A DNA stretch of 41,318 bases from Bdellovibrionales bacterium (GCA_037969255.1 JBBKXB010000021.1:1-41318), one strand, 5' to 3'; positions 10,093-18,551 are shown, counted from the first letter of the stretch. Program-made: numbers and translations. Notes: generated by a model not told the origin, from the sequence alone.

Positions 10093-10125
10093 CTTTTGTA
10101 GCTGTCATTCGTATAATAGTTTATA

Positions 10126-10956
10126 ATGATGATCATGTTACACCGTGTCCGTACTTTGTTGCCAGTTTTTTTAATTGCCTTCTTCTTGAGCGCAATAACA
10201 GCGCCTTCTTATGCCGAAGATATCAAAAAGAAACCAGAAACCAGAGCCATTAAGGTTTTTACCCAAGGTATGTACGCACCCGACTCGATTTTTTCCCTTA
10301 TCCCCCAAAGCGGGCAAGAGGCCATTTTACTAAGCTTTTACCGCAATAGTGGCCGTGCGCCCAATTTTGAACGCTGGTCTAAAATGACGAATTTAGCGGT
10401 TGAGGCCCCTGATTACGATAAGCCTGTGGTGGCGCTGAATGAACAAGTGCGCTTGCAAACCGCCTATGAAAACACTGATCCCGATGAATTTTTGGTGATC
10501 CACGCGCAACTTGATGGCAATAATTATTCTGCCGCGCAAGATGTGATCTTTTTTGAAGAATTTCGCACGGGTGGCACATTACGCCAGAATATTTACGGGG
10601 AAAAACTGGCGATTGTGATCCAAGATATTGATAAATTTCAAGCCATTTATATGAATAATGACGATGCGAGCTATTTCTTTAGCGTGCTGAACGCTGATCA
10701 AAACACATCTGATCTCAATAAAAACTTGATCGCTGAGATGGTTGTTCGCCCAAAAAATGCGATCTTCTCCAAAGCCGCGCGCGTGGGTAAAAATGACCAT
10801 TATCTCTTCATCACCGATTTGGCGCAATTAACGCTCTGGCGCGCAGAAGGCAATGGCGACAGACGCGCTCGCCCTTTATGGTCATGGCGTGCACCATGGT
10901 ATGAAATTGAGGATGATAACGCTGATCTTCTCCAGCTTTACAAGGCCATTAACTGA
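10126..10956 (+). CDS. Exported hypothetical protein (possibly DUF4852-like)
   Basis: Signal-peptide-like N-terminus (..SAITAPSYA/EDI); the family guess is from memory only. Confidence 0.6.
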   Translation: MMIMLHRVRTLLPVFLIAFFLSAITAPSYAEDIKKKPETRAIKVFTQGMYAPDSIFSLIPQSGQEAILLSFYRNSGRAPNFERWSKMTNLAVEAPDYDKPVVALNEQVRLQTAYENTDPDEFLVIHAQLDGNNYSAAQDVIFFEEFRTGGTLRQNIYGEKLAIVIQDIDKFQAIYMNNDDASYFFSVLNADQNTSDLNKNLIAEMVVRPKNAIFSKAARVGKNDHYLFITDLAQLTLWRAEGNGDRRARPLWSWRAPWYEIEDDNADLLQLYKAIN

Positions 10957-11486
10957 TGGATGTAAAGGCGCCCAGAGGCATGACACCGCCAAAAGGTGCG
11001 GAACTTCGTCACACAGAGCGCAGCGATACAGACAATCACATTGATAAAGAGGATATGGATCGTCATCGCCGTGGCAAGAAAAACACGGATGAGTATGAGC
11101 GCACCGATATTTATGATGATTTGACCCAAGTGTCGATAAAACTGTTGCGCGGATTCTTACAAGGCTTGCTTGATACGCGTGACAAACTTCATGACACGCG
11201 CCGTGAACACGCCATCAAAAGCAATCCAGCCGTTCAGGCCTATCAAACCGCCAAATTTATGGCGCCTGACACGCCGCGCCCAGCGCCAGAAGTGGATGAA
11301 AACGTGGAAGTGGTTGGTTTTTCGCGCAAAGAACTCGCCGCCGAAGGTCTTAATCAAGACGAGATCAAATCTCTCATGTCCGCGCTTGCGCATTTGGACA
11401 CTGCGGGCGTCCATTTTATTGAAATGCAACGCGCCGATAGTTTTCTTATCTCGATAAAAGAGGCTATAGAACGGGTTAGTATTTAA
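10956..11486 (+). CDS. Hypothetical protein (176 aa)
   Basis: TGATG coupling to the upstream gene; codon usage looks like the core genes. Confidence 0.7.
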   Translation: MDVKAPRGMTPPKGAELRHTERSDTDNHIDKEDMDRHRRGKKNTDEYERTDIYDDLTQVSIKLLRGFLQGLLDTRDKLHDTRREHAIKSNPAVQAYQTAKFMAPDTPRPAPEVDENVEVVGFSRKELAAEGLNQDEIKSLMSALAHLDTAGVHFIEMQRADSFLISIKEAIERVSI

Positions 11487-11487
11487 T

Positions 11488-11501
11488 TATATTGACATAG
11501 T
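11488..11501 (+). repeat. 14-bp inverted repeat, left arm (TATATTGACATAGT), containing a sigma70 -35 box
   Basis: Exact reverse complement of 12066-12079; TTGACA at 11492 followed by GCTAATAAT and an AAGGA RBS. Confidence 0.8.
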
Positions 11502-11548
11502 ATTAATGAGCGTGCTAATAATTGGTTACAATCAAAAGGATGTAAACT

Positions 11549-11977
11549 ATGTCGACCGAAACAAGCAAGATCAATACAGTCATTGATGGTGCAGCACGAT
11601 ACTACACATCTGGTACTGGCAACCTGTCCAAAGTACCGAGTAACTTTCTGACCAACGGCGTAATAGCTGGTGTGATTAACTACGTTCTTACGGAGGCGCC
11701 TTCTGCTACAACCCAATTTACCATTGTATCATCTGGTGCTACATCTGCTATTGCATTTAGTCTTGCTATGCTATTAATAGCCCCTTCAATGATGCTCATG
11801 CTTCCTAAAGGGTTGGGAACAGCTGATCATAAAGAGCACACCAAATCAGATTTGTTGGGTAAGGGGCTTGCGTTGGCATTGCCTTTAATCGGCTCTATAG
11901 CTTGCGCCAATTATGTAGCACAAGATTTAAATTCTAGTCACGCAGCAAAACCATTACTATCAATAGTCGGTCTATAA
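11549..11977 (+). CDS. Small membrane protein, dispersed Gly/Ala family member
   Basis: Own promoter and RBS; family motif HTKSDLLGKGLALALP. Confidence 0.75.
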   Translation: MSTETSKINTVIDGAARYYTSGTGNLSKVPSNFLTNGVIAGVINYVLTEAPSATTQFTIVSSGATSAIAFSLAMLLIAPSMMLMLPKGLGTADHKEHTKSDLLGKGLALALPLIGSIACANYVAQDLNSSHAAKPLLSIVGL

Positions 11978-11978
11978 T

Positions 11979-12023
11979 TTAGTTATATTTTAATTCTCGG
12001 TTTTGCGAGGGTGACGTAGTCAT
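11979..12023 (-). other. 14-codon micro-ORF or truncated remnant (MTTSPSQNRELKYN)
   Basis: Preceded by TTGACA-N16-TATAGA and AAGGT; stops 1 nt from the stop of the convergent 11549 gene. Confidence 0.35.
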
Positions 12024-12065
12024 ACCTTATATTTTATTTAACCCTACTCTATAGCCAATTTTTCG

Positions 12066-12079
12066 ACTATGTCAATATA
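12066..12079 (-). repeat. 14-bp inverted repeat, right arm, containing a sigma70 -35 box
   Basis: ACTATGTCAATATA is the reverse complement of 11488-11501. Confidence 0.8.
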
Positions 12080-12081
12080 TT

Positions 12082-12098
12082 TTGGCATATAAATTGCA
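12082..12098 (+). promoter_or_regulatory. Sigma-54 (-24/-12) promoter
   Basis: TTGGCATATAAATTGCA with exact GG-N10-GC spacing (GG 12084-85, GC 12096-97). Confidence 0.7.
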
Positions 12099-12109
12099 CT
12101 GTATAAGAT

Positions 12110-12499
12110 ATGTTAGAAATCGCGCAATCCAACGCTATCCCTACACCTCAGAGTCAAACAAGTGACTCTAATACGTTTGCCAAGAAAACTTTTGAAAGCG
12201 TGATTGATACGGTGAACCCCCTTCATCACATACCCATTATTGGGCAATTATACCGCACAATTTCGGGCGATGAAATATCCCCACAATCAAGTTTCGCGGG
12301 TGGTTTTCTCTTTGGCGGGCCATTGGGCGCACTTGGTGCCACGGCGAGCCTTATTATTGGCGGGGTTATTGGTGATATGAGTGGGAATAATGACACGGTT
12401 CAAACGGCGTTTAATGCGCATAGTGCCAAAAATTTAGGCGGGGACGCACCCCGGCATCCCCGCATCGACATATCTGATCCATGGCGCTTTAACAGCTAA
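12110..12499 (+). CDS. Conserved hypothetical protein
   Basis: DTVNPLHHIPIIGQLYRTISGDEI...GGFLFGGPLG resembles a conserved proteobacterial hypothetical family. Confidence 0.75.
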   Translation: MLEIAQSNAIPTPQSQTSDSNTFAKKTFESVIDTVNPLHHIPIIGQLYRTISGDEISPQSSFAGGFLFGGPLGALGATASLIIGGVIGDMSGNNDTVQTAFNAHSAKNLGGDAPRHPRIDISDPWRFNS

Positions 12500-12540
12500 A
12501 TGGTCAAAGATGATTTGTACCTATACTATTTTCTAAGAAA

Positions 12541-13764
12541 TTATACGCGTAATGTATGAACCTGTGCTTCAAAACGCTTTGTTTTGCGGCGGTCACGCTT
12601 GATTGTTGGGAATGCAAGGATAATCGCACTGCCTTCATGTGTTGCTGTGTCGGCATTTTTAGATTTGCCTGTTTGCATTTTGATTTCTGCATCGCGGAAC
12701 GAGCGCTCGAATTTCACAAACCACATGAAATTAGCATTTGAACGGTCGCGCACTTCGCCATAAAACCCATCATCTAACAATGTCATGAAGTGATCGATAA
12801 GGTAGTTACGGCCAATGTTTGAACGTTTACCAACACTGCGCAAGGCTTCGATGGCTTCGCTGTTTGATGTTTCAATCGCTTCGCTCGCTTCATCACTAGA
12901 GGCAAGAAGCACTTGGATCAAAGCGCGATCGGCTTTGCGTGTACGACCTGAATAAAACCATTGATCAAAAGCAGCAATCGCGGCTTTACCATCGCGTAAA
13001 GCGCGGAAATCGTCACTTGCACGATGAGCAAAAGCGTAGGCTAAATCAGCCACACCGCTTTTTGATACGTAATCCCAAGCAGTGTTATCGCCCGATAATT
13101 TCATTTCCCATGCAACTTGAACCGGTGCACACGCAAGCTCAGCTTGCATAGAACGGTTCAAAAGGATCGCACGATCTGGATTGACCAATAATGCGCGCAC
13201 ATCCACCATTTGCATGGCGCGGATACCGCGAACAATATTAAGGGCTGTTGCCACTACATTTTGCGCGATTGGGATAAAGATGGTGTTTGATGCGTAATCT
13301 ACATCCATTTGATCAATTATATTACTCGCTTCAATGGCAATGTTATTGTCTGTGGCAAAAGCGATGTATTCACGAGCGAGGTCGCTGTGTTTAAGCATAT
13401 CCAATGCGTCATCAATGGATGAGCCTTGAACCGGTGCAAATGCATTTTCGCACAACGCGGCTAAATCGTCTGTTAAAGGAAGGCCACATTCTGGATCACC
13501 GAGTGTGATAAAACCTTCTGATGTTTCTTTGGCTTGTTTTAAAGCATCTGGGATCATGCTATCGGCAAGATCGGCTTCTAGGCTGTCTTCAAAGCTCATC
13601 ATGAGTTCGTCATCTGAAGCATCAGCATAAAAATGATTGTCAGAAGCCACAAAGCTACACATCACAGGCGCTTGCCCTTTAAATGTCATAGCTATTTTTG
13701 GCTGATTGCTTGAAAGCGCAACGGCGCTCATCATTTCATCTAGTATATTCTTGTTGTCGGACAT
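12541..13764 (-). CDS. Hypothetical protein, possibly a degenerate DUF6782-like metallopeptidase
   Basis: GGGAGAG RBS before ATG 13764; NRSMQAE...VQVAWEMK..G segment; no HExxH motif. Family call is tentative. Confidence 0.6.
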   Translation of the reverse strand: MSDNKNILDEMMSAVALSSNQPKIAMTFKGQAPVMCSFVASDNHFYADASDDELMMSFEDSLEADLADSMIPDALKQAKETSEGFITLGDPECGLPLTDDLAALCENAFAPVQGSSIDDALDMLKHSDLAREYIAFATDNNIAIEASNIIDQMDVDYASNTIFIPIAQNVVATALNIVRGIRAMQMVDVRALLVNPDRAILLNRSMQAELACAPVQVAWEMKLSGDNTAWDYVSKSGVADLAYAFAHRASDDFRALRDGKAAIAAFDQWFYSGRTRKADRALIQVLLASSDEASEAIETSNSEAIEALRSVGKRSNIGRNYLIDHFMTLLDDGFYGEVRDRSNANFMWFVKFERSFRDAEIKMQTGKSKNADTATHEGSAIILAFPTIKRDRRKTKRFEAQVHTLRV

Positions 13765-13800
13765 TTGATGTCTCTCCCTGGTACATGCGTCAATAAAACG

Positions 13801-13867
13801 GGTTCTTAAGAACCTCTTTTTCTGCGATACATTCATAATGACAAAGAATAGTTAACAAGGTGTGAAC
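13801..13867. promoter_or_regulatory. 14-bp palindrome plus CtrA-like site
   Basis: GGTTCTTAAGAACC (13801-13814, perfect palindrome); GTTAACAAGGTGTGAAC (13851-13867), i.e. TTAA-N7-TTAA with one mismatch. Confidence 0.45.
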
Positions 13868-13969
13868 AATGGCTAAAAATCCTACAATTCCTTTGATAGC
13901 CTTGGTTTTTGGGCGATTTTTATGCGCTAGCACGGATGGTTTTGCAGGCCACTTTCCTTAATCAACGCA

Positions 13970-14566
13970 TCAAGCGCTGAGCGCTTGATCTTGAACGGGC
14001 AATGTATCGGCCAATATCTCGGTTGGTTTCAACATGACAGAGCCCTTTTTATCAATCGTTGCCAGCGCTTTGAATAATTTATCACCGATCAAAAAACATC
14101 CCTCAATCTCATGGCTCGATTGAATATGAGTTGGCGTGATCAGCGCTTGCAAATTACGGCGCGTGATCAATGTTAATTCCTCGCGCAAAATTAGATCATC
14201 AACATTTTGGATGGTCAGAACGCGTCCCGCTTGACCGCGCGTGAACCCGAGATAGAAAAATAAATAATCACATATATTGGTCTTATTCAGGTCTAAACCC
14301 GCTTTTTGAACCAATGTTTCGACCACATCCCCACCATATTCGCAAAGGGAGACATCATTATCGATATCAATAATGTAGTGACGCTTTTGTGAAAGATCAT
14401 CTTCATCGATAATTTCGGCCAGACTTGACGACTTCTTAAAAAAATCTAATTTCCAAGAAAGGCCTTTCCATTTGGCTTTTTCAAGACCTGCTTTTTTGGC
14501 CCAATCTTGCGCCGCGCGTGTCTTGAGTAGGTCTGCGTCGCATTGGAGCGCTAGAGGAGGTGTCAT
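13970..14566 (-). CDS. Hypothetical protein (198 aa) flanking the origin
   Basis: AAGGA RBS, clean ORF, no recognised motif. Confidence 0.7.
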   Translation of the reverse strand: MTPPLALQCDADLLKTRAAQDWAKKAGLEKAKWKGLSWKLDFFKKSSSLAEIIDEDDLSQKRHYIIDIDNDVSLCEYGGDVVETLVQKAGLDLNKTNICDYLFFYLGFTRGQAGRVLTIQNVDDLILREELTLITRRNLQALITPTHIQSSHEIEGCFLIGDKLFKALATIDKKGSVMLKPTEILADTLPVQDQALSA

Positions 14567-14943
14567 CGATATGTCCTTTTGTCGGTTTCATTTAAGAATA
14601 TGATCTTAGGGGCGCTATCGGGGATGAAGCGCGTTTCGCATAGGATCAACTCTGTGGACAATCATGGGGGAAAATACTTATCCACCCAAGCCTTTTTTCA
14701 CCCCCACCTTATCCCCATGTGTAAAACTTGGAATCTGTATTGGGCATAGAGTCTAAAGAATCAATTTTTTCAAAGCCCTTAAATATGAAATAGCAGACTC
14801 ATAGATCTGGGGATAAGGAGTCAGTGCACGTGATTCATATAGATCAATTACAACAATAAATACAGATTAAGACTCTTCATTAAATTAAGATTACTCATCC
14901 CTCTTTTCAAACCGACCTAACTCGTGTCAGTGTCCTAACCAAC
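14567..14943. other. Candidate chromosomal replication origin (oriC)
   Basis: Intergenic region upstream of hemE, the usual alphaproteobacterial position. DnaA-box variants: TGTGGACAA 14653, TTATCCACC 14678, TTATCCCCA 14709, TGGGGATAA 14808. Seven GANTC sites between 14731 and 14875, and an AT-rich stretch at ~14840-14895. Confidence 0.8.
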
Positions 14944-15933
14944 ATGAACAACAAAACTTTATCGCATAAAAATATTAACAATTCCTTAATGGGTCAAAAA
15001 CCTATTTGGCTTATGCGACAAGCGGGACGCTATTTGCCTGAATACATGGACATCCGTCAAAAAATAGGTGGGTTTGTTGATCTTTGTATGAACCCTGATA
15101 TGGCATCCGAAGTGACCTTGCAACCCATAAAACGCTTTGATTTTGATGCTGCGATTATCTTTTCTGATATCTTGATGATCCCTTATGCATTGGGTCAAAA
15201 ACTATGGTTTGAAACGGGTGAAGGGCCACGACTTGGTGATCTTAATTGGCATGAATTTGACGCTCAAAAACTTCAACCCGTATACGATGCCATCACACTG
15301 ACCCGTCAAAATTTAGACGATGAAAAATCATTAATAGGCTTTGCGGGTGCGCCTTGGACATTACTACTTTATACCTTGCAAGGACGCGGTGGTAATGACT
15401 TTGTAACCGCACGTTCCATGGTTTATAATGATCTTGAAAATGCTAAAAAACTTTTAAAAATCTTAGAACAATCGGTGATTGAGCATTTGTCTAATCAGAT
15501 AAAAGCGGGCGCCGATGTGGTTCAAATATTTGATAGCTGGGCGGGTCTATGCCCTGCACAATTGCAAAATGATTTCTTGATTGACCCCGTTAAGAATATC
15601 GTTAGCGCGCTTAAAAAACTGCATCCTGATGTGACCATTATTGCGTTTCCAAAGGGCTATAAAGACCTTAATCAATACACAAAAATTATTGGCAATGATG
15701 TGGTCGGGATTGATCAGTTTTCGCATCTTACATGGGTTGATAAAGATATTGCGACCCAAGGCAATCTTGATCCGCTGGTTCTTATTCAAGGTGGTGATGT
15801 TTTAGAAAAAGCGGTTCTATCAATCTTAGAGAAAACAGAAAACCGCGCCCATATTTTCAATCTTGGTCATGGCATTGATAAAACAACGCCCATCGCCCAC
15901 GTCGAACAACTTGTAAGATTTGTAAAAGGGTAA
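14944..15933 (+). CDS. hemE: Uroporphyrinogen decarboxylase
   Basis: PIWLMRQAGRYLPEY, LIGFAGAPWTL, HIFNLGHGI. Confidence 0.98.
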   Translation: MNNKTLSHKNINNSLMGQKPIWLMRQAGRYLPEYMDIRQKIGGFVDLCMNPDMASEVTLQPIKRFDFDAAIIFSDILMIPYALGQKLWFETGEGPRLGDLNWHEFDAQKLQPVYDAITLTRQNLDDEKSLIGFAGAPWTLLLYTLQGRGGNDFVTARSMVYNDLENAKKLLKILEQSVIEHLSNQIKAGADVVQIFDSWAGLCPAQLQNDFLIDPVKNIVSALKKLHPDVTIIAFPKGYKDLNQYTKIIGNDVVGIDQFSHLTWVDKDIATQGNLDPLVLIQGGDVLEKAVLSILEKTENRAHIFNLGHGIDKTTPIAHVEQLVRFVKG

Positions 15934-15934
15934 T

Positions 15935-16378
15935 TTAAGAAGGAGTACAGTTAGAATATCGAATTGCATTTCCTTTCATATTTGTACAATCTAAAACGCC
16001 AGATTCAAGAACTACAGGCTGTACTTTGTGTTGTTCAGGCAGTTGAGTTGAAATAGCCATTATTGTTGCAGCAGCACCAATCAGATATGATCCGGATGTT
16101 GTAAATGGTTTACCTGATTCCACAGCAACAACAGTAGCAGCAACAACAGTAGCAGCAGCACCAATAATAGCAACACCCAAAAGAGCAGCACCAGTAACAA
16201 CAGTAGCACCACCAGGACCAATAGCAGCACTAATAGCAGCATAAGCACCAATAGCCTTATAAACAGCACCAGCACTAATAGTAGCACCAATAATAGTACC
16301 ACATAACCCACTGCCAACAACAGCCATCAGTAATTTCTTAGTACCGTTATCTTCAAATCCAGTTGTGATTTCACTCAT
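15935..16378 (-). CDS. Small glycine-zipper membrane protein with C-terminal Cys pair, dispersed family member
   Basis: Promoter, AAAGGA RBS and ATG; long Gly/Ala/Ile/Val tract; ends ..DC...SNCTPS. Confidence 0.75.
   Translation of the reverse strand: MSEITTGFEDNGTKKLLMAVVGSGLCGTIIGATISAGAVYKAIGAYAAISAAIGPGGATVVTGAALLGVAIIGAAATVVAATVVAVESGKPFTTSGSYLIGAAATIMAISTQLPEQHKVQPVVLESGVLDCTNMKGNAIRYSNCTPS
16122..16327 (-). repeat. Low-complexity trinucleotide tract (GCT/GGT/GTT/ATT/ACT codons)
   Basis: Nearly all codons of the minus-strand ORF in this stretch end in T and start with a purine. Confidence 0.8.
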
Positions 16379-16411
16379 TATAATTTCCTTTGTTTAATAA
16401 ATATTTAAAAC

Positions 16412-16440
16412 AGACTACATAGTTGTTTTTAATATGTCAA
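16412..16440 (-). promoter_or_regulatory. Sigma70-type promoter of the 15935-16378 gene
   Basis: TTGACA-tattaaaaacaactatg(17)-TAGTCT. Confidence 0.7.
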
Positions 16441-16487
16441 TACATATTTTATGACAGTGATGTTATTTATTGTTAAAAATATAACCC

Positions 16488-17522
16488 ATGAAAACAGCGG
16501 TCATATTATTTAATCTTGGTGGACCTGATAGCGCCTCATCTATTAAACCGTTTTTGAAAAACTTCTTTATGGACAAAGCCATTATTCCCGCGCCGCGCCC
16601 GTTTCGTGATGTGATATCGAGCCTGATTGCCAATAAACGATCCCGCGCAGAGGCTGGTCAGAGCTATGGCGAGATAGGTGGAGCATCACCACTCCTTAAA
16701 AACACGAACGCACAAGCGGACGCGCTTCAAATAACCCTTGGTGATGATTTTAAAACCTTTACGTGCATGCGCTATTGGCATCCCATGGCAAAAGATGTTG
16801 TGGGGCAGGTCAAAGACTACAACCCAGAGCGCATCATTTTATTACCCCTTTACCCACAACTTTCAACAACCACCACCAGCTCGAGCTACAAAGAGTGGAT
16901 GAAACATGCTAAAAAAACGGGTCTAAAATCACAAACTTTGGCGTGCTGTTATCCAACGAATGAAGGCTTTATAACAGCCAGCGCGGATAACATAAAATTG
17001 AAATATAACGAAATGGTCAAAAATGGTCAAACACCGCGCGTGTTATTTTCCGCCCACGGTGTGCCGTTATTTGTGCTTAAACGCGGTGATCCGTATCAAT
17101 GGCAATGCACACAAACCGCCCATGCCATTGTTAAAAAACTAAGCATCAAGGATTTAGATTGGGCAGAATGTTATCAATCACGCGTGGGGCCAACCAAATG
17201 GACAACGCCGTCCGTTGAGGACGAACTGAAACGCGCCGCCAGTGATAAAACGCCCGTGCTTTTATACCCCCATGCGTTTGTGAGTGAGCATGTGGAAACG
17301 CTTGTCGAGCTCGATATTGAATATAAAGACATGGCCGAAGGTTTGGGTATCAAAGGATATGAGCGCGCGCAAACCGTGTCGACCCATCCCGATTTTATCG
17401 CAGGGTTAAAAAAGATTGTTCTAAACGCTTTAAAGGACGATAATAACATCCAAGGCGCTGGTAAAAATGGACAATCTATATGCCCACCACAATTCACCGC
17501 CTGCGCGTGTCGAAATAATTAG
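16488..17522 (+). CDS. hemH: Ferrochelatase (Cys-rich C-terminus, probable [2Fe-2S] type)
   Basis: LFNLGGP, MRYWHP, LPLYPQ, LFSAHG, YQSRVGP, FVSEHVETLVELD; C-terminal Cx6CxC. Confidence 0.97.
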   Translation: MKTAVILFNLGGPDSASSIKPFLKNFFMDKAIIPAPRPFRDVISSLIANKRSRAEAGQSYGEIGGASPLLKNTNAQADALQITLGDDFKTFTCMRYWHPMAKDVVGQVKDYNPERIILLPLYPQLSTTTTSSSYKEWMKHAKKTGLKSQTLACCYPTNEGFITASADNIKLKYNEMVKNGQTPRVLFSAHGVPLFVLKRGDPYQWQCTQTAHAIVKKLSIKDLDWAECYQSRVGPTKWTTPSVEDELKRAASDKTPVLLYPHAFVSEHVETLVELDIEYKDMAEGLGIKGYERAQTVSTHPDFIAGLKKIVLNALKDDNNIQGAGKNGQSICPPQFTACACRNN

Positions 17523-18017
17523 TTATTTTGGAACACAACTCTTAGGCACAAATACAGTGCGTGACCCATCGGGATTTTTTGTGATGACAGGTTTATTTTC
17601 CGATGAAGCGCATTTAAAATTAAGACGAGCATCATGCGCTATTGGCGGTGAAACAATAGGCTTTGGATTATTTAATTCGTGTTGATAGGCCACATAACCA
17701 GCCGTTAACGGCAGCCCTAAACCAACAGCAACCCCAAATAATTGGCTTATTTTATGTTTTTTTCGATCTACATTTCCACCAACAGCGCCACCAACAACAG
17801 CACCAAGAGCAAGAGCCCCAACAGCCCCAAGAGCAAGAGCCCCAAGAGCACCACCACCAACAACAGCCCCAAGAGCACTAACAGCACCAACAGCCCCAAG
17901 AGCACCAACACCAAGAGCACCAACAACAACAGCCCCAAGAGCACCAATAGCACCAACAGCACTACCACCAACAGCATCAGCAGCAGTTGAGATTCTATCT
18001 TTTAAAATTTGTTCCAT
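17523..18017 (-). CDS. Small glycine-zipper membrane protein with C-terminal Cys pair, dispersed family member
   Basis: AAAGGA RBS; MEQILKDRIST, (GA[LV])n tract, HKISQLFGVAVGLGLP motif; ends KC...KSCVPK. Confidence 0.78.
   Translation of the reverse strand: MEQILKDRISTAADAVGGSAVGAIGALGAVVVGALGVGALGAVGAVSALGAVVGGGALGALALGAVGALALGAVVGGAVGGNVDRKKHKISQLFGVAVGLGLPLTAGYVAYQHELNNPKPIVSPPIAHDARLNFKCASSENKPVITKNPDGSRTVFVPKSCVPK
17777..17986 (-). repeat. Degenerate tandem repeat encoding (G-A-[LVI])n
   Basis: Recurrent ccccaagagc / accaacagc units; the + strand has only about 4 T in ~210 nt. Confidence 0.88.
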
Positions 18018-18047
18018 ATTAATAATCCTTTTTATTTTAATAATGCC

Positions 18048-18076
18048 AACTCAGCACAATATTTACAATATGTCAA
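18048..18076 (-). promoter_or_regulatory. Sigma70-type promoter of the 17523-18017 gene
   Basis: TTGACA-tattgtaaatattgtgc(17)-TGAGTT; the -10 box is weak. Confidence 0.55.
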
Positions 18077-18122
18077 TAATTATTATGTCGCAGAGTTGCT
18101 GTTTTTGGCTATTATGCTTGTC

Positions 18123-18551
18123 ATGACTTTTTACCTTATTTTAAAAGCCCTACACATTATCGCCGTGATTTCATGGATGGCTGGAATGCTTTATTTGCCG
18201 CGCTTGTTTGTGTATCACATGGAGGCTAAATCAAAGGAGACACGCGAGACGTTCAAAACGATGGAGCGCCGTTTGTATAAATACATTATGACCCCTGCCA
18301 TGATTGGGACGTGGCTTCTTGGCATAACGTTACTCGCACAACAACCGTATTATATGACCCAAGGGTGGATGCACGCCAAATTATTATTGGTATTACTAAT
18401 GAGCGGTGCACATGGTTATATGGGCGGCTGCGTCCGAAAATTTGCTAGCGATGCCAACACAAAATCATCAAAATTTTACCGTTACCTCAATGAAGTCCCA
18501 ACGCTTTTGATGATCGTTATTGTATTCTTGGTGATCTTAAAAGGGTTTTGA
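18123..18551 (+). CDS. hemJ: Protoporphyrinogen IX oxidase HemJ
   Basis: KALHIIAVISWMAGMLYLPRLFVYH, MERRLY, WMHAKL, NEVPT. Start moved from TTG 18009 to ATG 18123. Confidence 0.96.
   Translation: MTFYLILKALHIIAVISWMAGMLYLPRLFVYHMEAKSKETRETFKTMERRLYKYIMTPAMIGTWLLGITLLAQQPYYMTQGWMHAKLLLVLLMSGAHGYMGGCVRKFASDANTKSSKFYRYLNEVPTLLMIVIVFLVILKGF

Noticed and set aside
14860-14890. CtrA site within oriC
   Set aside because: The TTAA half-sites are not separated by 7 nt.
16081-16320. 79-aa poly-Leu/Val ORF on the minus strand
   Set aside because: Alternative-frame shadow of the NNT codon tract; only the 15935-16378 frame has an RBS, a promoter and non-repetitive ends.
16122-17986. Diversity-generating retroelement (AAC-rich template/variable repeat pair)
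   Set aside because: No reverse transcriptase in the window, and the two tracts are not colinear copies differing only at adenines.
17663-17990. Poly-Gln/Glu, Asn/Ser/Thr/Lys and Leu/Val ORFs over the repeat
   Set aside because: Stop-free frames created by the low-complexity repeat; the 17523-18017 frame carries the family motifs.
18009-18122. N-terminal extension of HemJ in the ORF track
   Set aside because: It spans the divergent promoter region; HemJ homology starts at ATG 18123.
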